From Ignavibacteriales bacterium (GTDB lineage: Bacteria; Bacteroidota; Ignavibacteria; Ignavibacteriales; SURF-24): a stretch of 64,000 nt of DNA. The stretch covers positions 1,832 through 65,831 of the forward strand of contig QZKB01000047.1 of assembly GCA_003599415.1 (NCBI GenBank), read 5' to 3'. Position 1 is the first letter of the stretch; every line of letters begins with the position of its first letter. Below the pieces are notes generated by a model. It had not been told where the DNA came from. It made no database searches and worked only from the letters and a program-made list of their open reading frames with translations. The position numbers and the translations under genes are program-made. Positions 46,926-55,433 of this stretch are shown piece by piece.

Positions 46926-49900
46926 ATGGAAAATATAAAAGTAACAATTAACGGCAAAGAGTTCGAAACAACCAACGACAAAACAATTCTTGAAGTTGTA
47001 AACGAAAACAAGGTTGATAACATTCCGACTTTATGCGAAGATAAAAGACTTGAGCATTACACTTCCTGCTTTTTATGCGTTGTAGAAGTTGAAGGACTGA
47101 ACAGATTAATTCCTTCCTGCTCAACTAAAGTTATCAACGGAATGAAAATAAAAACAAGAAGCGAAGCAGTGCTCAAATCAAGAAAGACTGCGCTTGAATT
47201 GCTTATGTCCAACCATTACGCGGATTGTATTGGTCCCTGCACAAACAACTGCCCTGCCGGAGTTGATGCTCAGACTTACATTGCTTTAATCTCTATGGGT
47301 AAATACAAGGAAGCGTTAAAGCTTGTTAAACAAAATAATCCTCTTCCCCTTTCTATTGGAAGAGTTTGCGTAAGAGATTGCGAAAAAGACTGCCGCAGAA
47401 ATTATGTTGATGAACCTGTTTCTGTTAATGCACTTAAAAGATTTGTTGCCGATCTTGATTCAATAAACAAATGGATTCCTGAGTTAAAGCCAAAAAGAAA
47501 TAAAAAGGTAGCAGTGATTGGAAGCGGTCCCGCCGGTTTAACCTGCGCCTATTTTTTAACTCTTGATGGTAATGATGTTACTATTTTTGAAAAGCTGCCG
47601 GAACTTGGCGGAATGTTAAGGTACGGAATTCCGGAATACAGATTACCGAAGAATATACTTGATACAGAAATCAACTGGATACTTGATCTTGGCGTCAAGG
47701 TAAAAACAAATGTTGAACTTGGAAAAGATTTTTGCCTCGATGATTTGAAAGCACAAGGATTTGAATCCGTGTTTATAGGCGTTGGAGCACACAAGGCAAC
47801 TAAACTTGGTTTGGATGGTGAAGAAAAAACCGTTGGAGTTTTCCGGGGAATTGATTTCTTAAGAGAAATAACTTTTAACCAAAATAAAACTCTTAACGGA
47901 ATTGTAATTGTTGTTGGCGGAGGAAACACTGCAATTGATGCTGCCAGAACAGCTTTAAGATGCGGTGCAGATCAGGTTAAAATTGTTTACAGGAGAAGCA
48001 TTAACGAAATGCCCGCTGCAAAAGAGGAAATTGAAGCTGCGCAACATGAAGGCGTTGAAATTTTATTCCTGACAAATCCTAAATCTCTTGTAGTTGAAAA
48101 TGAAAAGCTTAAAGGAATTGAATGCTTAAAAATGCAGCTTGAGGAAACAAAGCCAGGTGAACGCCCCCGCCCTGTTCCGGTTGCAGGCTCAGAATTTATA
48201 ATCAACTGCGACCATATCATAAGCGCAATAGGACAGGCAGTTGATACGTCATTTGTTCAGAAAGATAAGAATATTGGTTTGGAAAAATGGGGAACAATAT
48301 CTGTTAACAAAGATACGCTCGAAACATCATTCCCTGGAATATTTGCCGGTGGAGATGATGTAACCGGCCCATTAACCGCAATCAGTTCAATTGCCCAGGG
48401 CAAGAAAGCCGCATACGCAATAATGAATTACCTTGAAACCGGCGAAGCTAAAAAATCAGATTTTAAATTCTATAGCCTAAAACATAAGCTTCACAAATTA
48501 ACTGACCGGGAATTTGAGCAGTACAAAAAAATTCCGCGTGAGAAGATTGCTGAAATTCCTTTAAGCGAAAGAAATAATTTTTGTGAAGTTGAACTTGGAA
48601 TAAACGAGGACCAATCTTTACAAGAAACAGAAAGATGCCTTGAGTGCGGCTGCTCTGAATATGCAGACTGTACATTAAGAAAATACTGCGATGAATACCA
48701 GGTTGATGTTTCTGAGTTTATCGGCGAAACAAGAAAATATATGGTGGATGGCAGACATCCGTTTATTCTTCTTGATTCCAATAAATGTATAAACTGCGGT
48801 AAGTGCGTTAGAACTTGTTCAGAAATATTAAAAGTATCTGCACTTGGATTTGTTTACCGCGGATTCAAATCAATTGTAAAGCCGGCAATGGAAAAAGCTT
48901 TAAGCGAAACTAATTGCATTGCCTGCGGTAACTGTATTGATGTTTGTCCTACCGGCGCAATTGCAGAGAAGTATCCATTTAAATTGCTTGGAACCTTGCC
49001 GAAAGAAAATATTGAAACAGTCTGCAATTTCTGTTCGATTGGATGCAAAGTTAACTTTAAGAAAATTACAAACGATATTTTCTATGTTTCAAATTCAACA
49101 GAAGAAATAAAAGAAACTCACAACAAAGGATTCCTCTGTTCAAAAGGAAGATTCGGCCATCGTTATCTTCTTCAAAAAAACAGAATACTCACTCCGCAGA
49201 TTAAGCAGAATGGCTTGTACAGTAATGTTGACGAAAATGCGGCACTTAAATACACTGCTTATAAACTGAAAGAAATTATCCGTGAATACGGAAAAGAATC
49301 TGTTGCTGTTTTTGCATCTCCAAAACTCTCCAACGAAGAACTTTATCTGCTTCAGAAGTTTGCAAGAATTGGAATAGGCAATAACAATATTCACAGCTTT
49401 TCCAATATGCTTTACGGACTTGAGCTGAACAGCCTTGATGATTCAGTTGGATTTACTTCTTCAACCATTGATTCCGGAAAACTTGAAAAGGCAGATGTAA
49501 TTGTTGTGATAAACTCTAACCTGTCTGAAGAAAACCTTGTGATGGAATTAAAAATAAAAGCCGCGCAGAAAAGAGGTGCTAAAGTTATTCTGATTAATTC
49601 TTCTGAAATAAAATTAACCCGGCAGGCTGACCTGTGGATTGACAGTAAAAAAGGAACGAACACTTCCCTTCTTAATGCAATGATGAAACAGCTTCTTGAT
49701 GATGGTAAGATTGATAACAGTTTTATTTCATCCAGGACAGAAAAGTTTGAGGAATTCAGGCAAAGCATTGATGAATTAAAAATCCAAAACGCACTGGATA
49801 TTTCAGGGGTAAGCAAAGACAAATTTGCAGCATGCCTTCAGCTTCTATCAAACCCGGATTTAAACATTATATTTATTTATAACATTGATTCAACTGCGGA

Positions 49901-50681
49901 CAAATCATTAAATGATCTTCAGGCAGTTAATAATTTTCTATTGATGACTGGCAGAGTTGGTAAAGAAAATAACGGAATTATCCTTCTTAGAGAATTCAAT
50001 AATTCTGCCGGCTTAATGGATATGGGCGTTATACCTGATTATCTTCCCGGCTTTGTTAAAGCTTCCGATAAAGATGAGGTAGAGAGAATTGGAAGATTCT
50101 GGAATCATAATTTAAATGAAAACTTCGTTCCGGTTAACCTGCTAAGTAAACTTAAACGAGGTGAAATAAAAGCTGCATTAATCTTTGGTGAAGACCCGCT
50201 CTCACATAGTAGCAACAGCAGGTACTTAAACAATCTTGAACTGCTTGTTGTGAGCGATTCATTCCATACTGCTACAACTGCTGAAGCAGATGTGATTTTA
50301 CCGGCTTCTACTCATATTGAACAGACAGGGACTTATACAAACTGCGATAACATAACTCAAAGATCAAACAAAGTAGTTGACAGCTTAAACATGTTTGCAA
50401 ACTGGGAAATAATTAAAATGCTCTCTTCCCAATTCTCAGATCAGTTTAACCATAAATCAATTGAAGATGTTTTTGCTGAGATTAAATCTGTAAACAGGTT
50501 TTACAATTACTCAGAAGCTGGAAAGTTCTGGATGGATAATTTCTTTACAAACGGATTTACAAAACAAAAGTTGAATTTCCAAAATTACGATATAAATTTA
50601 TCTACGTTTGACCCGGTTAAACCAGCTATACATTACCAGGAAAATTACTATTTTAAGAACATAAAAATGCAACTTATGTAG
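46926..50681 (+). CDS. Fusion protein: NuoG-type [2Fe-2S] + GltD/NfnB-like NAD(P)H flavoenzyme + 4Fe-4S ferredoxins + molybdopterin-oxidoreductase-like domain
   Basis: N-terminus 'ITINGKEF...IPTLC...CFLCVVEV'. GltD-type 'CIGPCTNNCPAG...GRVCVRDCEKDC' plus 'VAVIGSGPAGLTCA' and 'VVGGGNTAIDAA'. 'CINCGKCVRTC', 'CIACGNCIDVCP'. MopB 'CNFCSIGC' and 'GFLCSKGRFG'. Confidence 0.7.
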   Translation: MENIKVTINGKEFETTNDKTILEVVNENKVDNIPTLCEDKRLEHYTSCFLCVVEVEGLNRLIPSCSTKVINGMKIKTRSEAVLKSRKTALELLMSNHYADCIGPCTNNCPAGVDAQTYIALISMGKYKEALKLVKQNNPLPLSIGRVCVRDCEKDCRRNYVDEPVSVNALKRFVADLDSINKWIPELKPKRNKKVAVIGSGPAGLTCAYFLTLDGNDVTIFEKLPELGGMLRYGIPEYRLPKNILDTEINWILDLGVKVKTNVELGKDFCLDDLKAQGFESVFIGVGAHKATKLGLDGEEKTVGVFRGIDFLREITFNQNKTLNGIVIVVGGGNTAIDAARTALRCGADQVKIVYRRSINEMPAAKEEIEAAQHEGVEILFLTNPKSLVVENEKLKGIECLKMQLEETKPGERPRPVPVAGSEFIINCDHIISAIGQAVDTSFVQKDKNIGLEKWGTISVNKDTLETSFPGIFAGGDDVTGPLTAISSIAQGKKAAYAIMNYLETGEAKKSDFKFYSLKHKLHKLTDREFEQYKKIPREKIAEIPLSERNNFCEVELGINEDQSLQETERCLECGCSEYADCTLRKYCDEYQVDVSEFIGETRKYMVDGRHPFILLDSNKCINCGKCVRTCSEILKVSALGFVYRGFKSIVKPAMEKALSETNCIACGNCIDVCPTGAIAEKYPFKLLGTLPKENIETVCNFCSIGCKVNFKKITNDIFYVSNSTEEIKETHNKGFLCSKGRFGHRYLLQKNRILTPQIKQNGLYSNVDENAALKYTAYKLKEIIREYGKESVAVFASPKLSNEELYLLQKFARIGIGNNNIHSFSNMLYGLELNSLDDSVGFTSSTIDSGKLEKADVIVVINSNLSEENLVMELKIKAAQKRGAKVILINSSEIKLTRQADLWIDSKKGTNTSLLNAMMKQLLDDGKIDNSFISSRTEKFEEFRQSIDELKIQNALDISGVSKDKFAACLQLLSNPDLNIIFIYNIDSTADKSLNDLQAVNNFLLMTGRVGKENNGIILLREFNNSAGLMDMGVIPDYLPGFVKASDKDEVERIGRFWNHNLNENFVPVNLLSKLKRGEIKAALIFGEDPLSHSSNSRYLNNLELLVVSDSFHTATTAEADVILPASTHIEQTGTYTNCDNITQRSNKVVDSLNMFANWEIIKMLSSQFSDQFNHKSIEDVFAEIKSVNRFYNYSEAGKFWMDNFFTNGFTKQKLNFQNYDINLSTFDPVKPAIHYQENYYFKNIKMQLM

Positions 50682-50691
50682 CCAGGCATTA

Positions 50692-52530
50692 ATGTTTAGT
50701 AGTTTCACCCTTATAAACGAATTGTTTGATAACATCGTAATCTTCAACGGTGATTATTCAATCATCTATTGCGGCAATTCTATTAGAAGTCTCCTCTTAC
50801 AAAATAAAATAGATATTAATCATTTAAATCAAATTGAAATTATCAGGGTTTCAGCAGGTAAGTTAAAAGAGAATAAATATATTACTTTCAACTTCGGAAG
50901 AATAAAAGAAGATTTTGTTTTATTCCCATATGAAAACCAGGAAAACTTTTATGCTTTTGGTTTGAAAGATAAGGTAATGCACATTGCCACGATTGAACAC
51001 GATCTGAAAGAAAGAGTTAAAGAACTGGAAAGTCTTTACCAAATAAGCAAGGACCTTGATTCGCCTGGTGAGATAAAAGATATTTTGGATGCTGCAATAA
51101 ATCATATTCAGCAGGCATTTCAATTCCCGGCAGATACAATTGTGAATATTGAGATTGGTAAAAATATTTATGGAATTACCGATTGGAATCCCAATGATAT
51201 TTACGACCTTGTCGAAAGTGAAATAAAACCAAACGGGCAGAAAAAAGGAAAGATAAAGGTTTTCTCAAAGAACAAAACCGGTTTGCATAAGGACGCAAAT
51301 AAATATATTGATGAGGTTGCCAATAAGATATCCCGGAAGATTGAACAGAACGAGAGAGAAAAAAATCTTGAGAAGCAACAGAAAATTCTAAAAGCAAAAA
51401 ATGAAATTCTTCTTAGACTTGGTGAAGAATGCAAGCAAAGCCGTGAAAAATTAAGAGCGTTCTTCAGCGCTATTACTAACACAATTATTGTGGTTGATAA
51501 GGATTTCAATATCAGCATGTCCAATAAGGATGAAATTGGTGATGCCGGGAAATGTTATAATAAATTATTCGGTTTGAATGAGAGATGCCCTGAGTGCCCT
51601 ACATTAGAATCTATACGAACCTGCAACAGTGCAGTGCAGGAAAGAATTATAGAGGATAAATATTTCCAGCTTAACACTTATCCGATTTTTGGTGAGAATG
51701 GAGTTGTCGATAGTGTGCTTGAGGTCTGTATGGATGTTACTATGCAGAAAAAAATGGAAGAACAATTACTGCAGTCTTATAAACTTGCGTCGCTTGGTAA
51801 ACTTGTTGCCGGAGTAGCACACGAGATTAATAATCCAAATACTTTTATTCTTGGCAATCTTAAAATTATCCAGGAATCCTTCACCGATATTTTTCCTTTA
51901 CTGGATTTGTATTACCAGTATCACCCTGATTTGAAGATTGCAAGACTTGATTACAAAACCTTTAAGGAAAATATTACAATTCTTGTGGAGGACATGCTTA
52001 CCGGCGCTAACCGTACTAAGAAAATTGTAACTGACCTGCGCAACTTTGCTAAAAAAGATGAAGGCGGCTTAACAGAAAATATTGACCTGAACAGCATTAT
52101 TACAAATAACCTGACATTCACGCAAAAGCACACAAAGAAATATGCTAAGCTTGAAATTGAACTTGGCAGCGATATTCCAATATTCAAAGGCAATTCAAAT
52201 AAGCTTGAACAATTGCTTGTTAATTTGATCTTAAATGCTTCTGAGGCAATTGAGTGTGAAGGCGGTCTAATAAAAATTACCACAAACTTTGATAAAGATA
52301 CTAATAACATAATCCTTACCGTGAGCGATAATGGTATTGGGATGCCTGATAACGTTAAGAAAAATATTTTCGATCCGTTCTTTACTACAAAAAGAAATAA
52401 AGGAGGAACGGGACTTGGTCTTTCAATTTCCTACGGAATTGTTAAAGACCATAACGGTGAAATTGAAGTTGATTCCAAAGTTGGGCAGGGCACTAAATTT
52501 ACAATACGAATTCCTGTAAATAAAAACTAA
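50692..52530 (+). CDS. Cytoplasmic PAS-type sensor histidine kinase with a 4-Cys motif
   Basis: H-box 'GVAHEINNPNTFI'. 'LILNASEA'. 'DNGIGM'. 'GTGLGLSISYGIV'. The Cys cluster 'CYNKLFGLNERCPECPTLESIRTC' lies in the sensor domain. Confidence 0.75.
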   Translation: MFSSFTLINELFDNIVIFNGDYSIIYCGNSIRSLLLQNKIDINHLNQIEIIRVSAGKLKENKYITFNFGRIKEDFVLFPYENQENFYAFGLKDKVMHIATIEHDLKERVKELESLYQISKDLDSPGEIKDILDAAINHIQQAFQFPADTIVNIEIGKNIYGITDWNPNDIYDLVESEIKPNGQKKGKIKVFSKNKTGLHKDANKYIDEVANKISRKIEQNEREKNLEKQQKILKAKNEILLRLGEECKQSREKLRAFFSAITNTIIVVDKDFNISMSNKDEIGDAGKCYNKLFGLNERCPECPTLESIRTCNSAVQERIIEDKYFQLNTYPIFGENGVVDSVLEVCMDVTMQKKMEEQLLQSYKLASLGKLVAGVAHEINNPNTFILGNLKIIQESFTDIFPLLDLYYQYHPDLKIARLDYKTFKENITILVEDMLTGANRTKKIVTDLRNFAKKDEGGLTENIDLNSIITNNLTFTQKHTKKYAKLEIELGSDIPIFKGNSNKLEQLLVNLILNASEAIECEGGLIKITTNFDKDTNNIILTVSDNGIGMPDNVKKNIFDPFFTTKRNKGGTGLGLSISYGIVKDHNGEIEVDSKVGQGTKFTIRIPVNKN

Positions 52531-52536
52531 ATATAT

Positions 52537-53904
52537 ATGATTAAAATTCTCCTAATCGATGATAACCAGGCGGTACTTAACTTCCTTAGGATATTTCTTC
52601 TTCAGAAAGAGAAATATGAAATAACAACATTGCAGGATTCGTCAAAAGCATTTGATCTATTAGACAAGGAAAAGTTTGATGTCCTTTTGCTTGATATGGA
52701 TATGCCGGAAGTGACCGGTTTAGATATTTTAAAACATATCAAACTGAAAAAAATTGATCTTGTGACAATTGTACTAACCGGAGTGGAAGATATTGACCTT
52801 GCAATCTCTGCGATGAAGCTTGGCACTTTCGATTATATGCTGAAACCGATTGAAGAAAATAAATTAATCGAAACAATTGAAACCGCAATCAGGCAAAAAG
52901 AAATTGTTAAAAGCGAAATTGAATCTCCCGGTAAATTTAAACTTGATGATCTGACATACAAGGACGCTTTCAAAAATATTATCACCTGCGATGAAAAGAT
53001 TATAAGAATATTTCAGTTCGTGGAAAAGTTTGCCCAGACTGATAACAGCGTTTTAATCTGGGGTGAAAGTGGTTCCGGTAAAGAACTCATCGCAGAAGCA
53101 ATTCATAAAATTAGCAGCAGACGAGATAAGAAATTTGTAGCCGTAAATGCCGGCGCATTCGCTCAGGAATTATTCTCGAGTGAATTCTTTGGTTATGAAA
53201 AAGGTGCGTTTACGGGAGCATCACACGATAAATCCGGATTCCTTGAAGAAGCAAACGGCGGCACATTATTCCTTGATGAGATAGGCGAATTATCTCTGCC
53301 AATCCAGGTAAAGCTGTTACGTGTTCTGCAGGAGGAAGAATTTTATCGTCTCGGCTCTACAAAAAATATCAAGGTAGATGTAAGGATAATCGCTGCAACA
53401 AATAAAAATCTTTTTGAAGAAATTAAGAAAGGAAGTTTCAGGAAGGATTTATTCTTCAGGCTAAATATAAATTCAATCTATGTTCCCCCGCTACGCGAAA
53501 GAAAAGGAGATATAGAATTACTTTCCGGTTATTTCCTTAAGAAATTCAGTGCAAAGTACAACAAGAGCATTGAAAAAATTTCAGAACCTGTTTTGAATTG
53601 TTTCAGGAGTTATCCTTTTCCGGGTAACGTGCGCGAGCTGATGAATATTATCAACAGCGCTATAATAGTGGAAACAACAAACGAGCTAAGGAAAAAATCC
53701 TTACCAAATTATTTCTTATCAACGAATGGTTCTTACAAAGAATTTGATGAAGGTATTATACCGCCTACTTTAAATGAAGTTGAAAAGCAGCACATTAAAA
53801 AAGTTTTGGAGTTTACAAACAACAATAAGACAAAGGCAGCTGAGATACTGGATATCTCGCGCGTTAACCTTATAGCGAAAATTAAAAAGTACGAACTCGA
53901 ATAA
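52537..53904 (+). CDS. Sigma-54-dependent (NtrC-family) response regulator
   Basis: Receiver, then AAA+ domain ('GESGSGKE', 'EKGAFTGA', 'GGTLFLDEI'), then Fis-type HTH ('NKTKAAEILDISRVNLIAKIKKY'). Confidence 0.85.
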   Translation: MIKILLIDDNQAVLNFLRIFLLQKEKYEITTLQDSSKAFDLLDKEKFDVLLLDMDMPEVTGLDILKHIKLKKIDLVTIVLTGVEDIDLAISAMKLGTFDYMLKPIEENKLIETIETAIRQKEIVKSEIESPGKFKLDDLTYKDAFKNIITCDEKIIRIFQFVEKFAQTDNSVLIWGESGSGKELIAEAIHKISSRRDKKFVAVNAGAFAQELFSSEFFGYEKGAFTGASHDKSGFLEEANGGTLFLDEIGELSLPIQVKLLRVLQEEEFYRLGSTKNIKVDVRIIAATNKNLFEEIKKGSFRKDLFFRLNINSIYVPPLRERKGDIELLSGYFLKKFSAKYNKSIEKISEPVLNCFRSYPFPGNVRELMNIINSAIIVETTNELRKKSLPNYFLSTNGSYKEFDEGIIPPTLNEVEKQHIKKVLEFTNNNKTKAAEILDISRVNLIAKIKKYELE

Positions 53905-53924
53905 AAGCGCTAAGTTGTCTTCTC

Positions 53925-55073
53925 TTAATGCGGTAGTTTAAAAGTCAGTTTAAGATGAAATCCATTATCATTCTGCATCTTTAAAAGTCCTTTTAACTGC
54001 TGAGCGGAAATTTTAATTAACAACATACCAAGAGAATCAAGTTTATCTGCGTTAAAATTCTCCGGAAGCCCAACCCCGTTATCCCTGTATTCAAATACAA
54101 TATTTCCGTTTTCTTTCTGCTCAACTGATACTTTAATTACCGGTTGCTCAACTTCTCTGAACGCATGCTTAATCGAATTTGTAATTAACTCATTCAACAA
54201 AAATCCTAATGAAACCGTAACATTCACCGGCATATTTATTTCCGGACTAAAACATTCAAAACTAATTCCGGAATGAGAAAGGCTTTTAAGCTGAAAATCT
54301 CCAACATCTTTAAGATATTTTCCGATTAAAATCTTATCAAGATTAGTTGAAAAGTAGAGTTTATCATGAATCAGGGATATTGCATTGATCTTGGATTGTA
54401 TTTCGGCAAGTACAGTTTTAATATCTTTATAACTATAATCCTTAATCGACTGAAGCGATATAGTGCTTATTAATAAATTAAAATGATTTTTAACCCGATG
54501 ATGAATTTCTCTTATCTGCATTTCTTTGCACATAAGATCATTTTTAAATTGCTCTAATAAAATTACCTGCTTCAGATCGTTTTGAATTATTTCACGGAGT
54601 GATATAATAAGTTCTTTATATTCTTCGGAGAATTGATTCTCTTTATTATCAAGCAGGCAGAAAGTACCGAATACTTCGCCATCAGGCCAGAAAATCGGCA
54701 CTCCCATATATGAAATCATGTTAAATGGAATGCTTGGATTCTCTTTCCATTTATCATCCTTATGCGCATTAGGCAACAATAATTCTTTTTTACTTCCGGC
54801 TACATTTTCGCAATACCAGCCAAGTCCGAGTTTTAAATTTAAATTCTTCTCAAAGATATTGTTCACTGTTCTGCTTGATAAAAAAACTTCTAATGTTTCC
54901 TCGTTAAGCTTGTTAATTAAACCGGAAGGTACCCCAATAATTTTCGCTGCAAGATCAATAATTTTTTGCCATTTCCTTTCAACATCTTCAGGTATTTCCG
55001 GTTTATCATCAGACGTAATTGCAACAAGTACATCTTCAGATGATCCTTCCGTTTTTAATCTTGCTATTTTCAT
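53925..55073 (-). CDS. GAF-domain sensor histidine kinase (HisKA_2 type)
   Basis: 'EIHHRVKNHFNLLISTISLQ' H-box, typical of HisKA_2/HWE-like kinases. C-terminal HATPase ('DNGVGLP'). N-terminal GAF-like region. Confidence 0.65.
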   Translation of the reverse strand: MKIARLKTEGSSEDVLVAITSDDKPEIPEDVERKWQKIIDLAAKIIGVPSGLINKLNEETLEVFLSSRTVNNIFEKNLNLKLGLGWYCENVAGSKKELLLPNAHKDDKWKENPSIPFNMISYMGVPIFWPDGEVFGTFCLLDNKENQFSEEYKELIISLREIIQNDLKQVILLEQFKNDLMCKEMQIREIHHRVKNHFNLLISTISLQSIKDYSYKDIKTVLAEIQSKINAISLIHDKLYFSTNLDKILIGKYLKDVGDFQLKSLSHSGISFECFSPEINMPVNVTVSLGFLLNELITNSIKHAFREVEQPVIKVSVEQKENGNIVFEYRDNGVGLPENFNADKLDSLGMLLIKISAQQLKGLLKMQNDNGFHLKLTFKLPH

Positions 55074-55433
55074 GAGAGGTTATGTTTATTCCTATTGTTA
55101 TTAATTTACATGAAGGATGAAGCACATCGATTTTATATTATCGGTTATTCTGACCATTAATTATATAATTATTATCGATTTTAATTTTAATTTATTTATA
55201 ACTCCATAATAAAAATATTGTTTGGGCATAATATTCACATTAAGAAAAAATAATTCATCAGGGACAGAGAGAAGTAAATTCAATAATAAATTAATACGAT
55301 TGATTACTTAATGGTTTCACTCCAGACAATTAAGCTCAGTCTTCGTTCATTCATCCATAATACTACTAACGCAGGTTGGGGCGTCTCTTTAAATCCCTAG
55401 ATAGTATTTCCCCTGATTTTGAATTAAGAATTG

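Noticed and set aside
46926-50681. Annotating the fusion protein as a formate dehydrogenase alpha subunit.
   Set aside because: No Cys or Sec is visible at the expected Mo-ligand position, there is no in-frame TGA, and the domain seems truncated. The call is kept generic.
55074-55433. A 360-nt AT-rich intergenic region containing 'GGGGCGTCTCTTTA', which resembles one arm of the family-2 palindrome.
   Set aside because: No complementary arm is nearby and no other structure or ORF is visible. This is probably just the promoter region of the GAF kinase gene.
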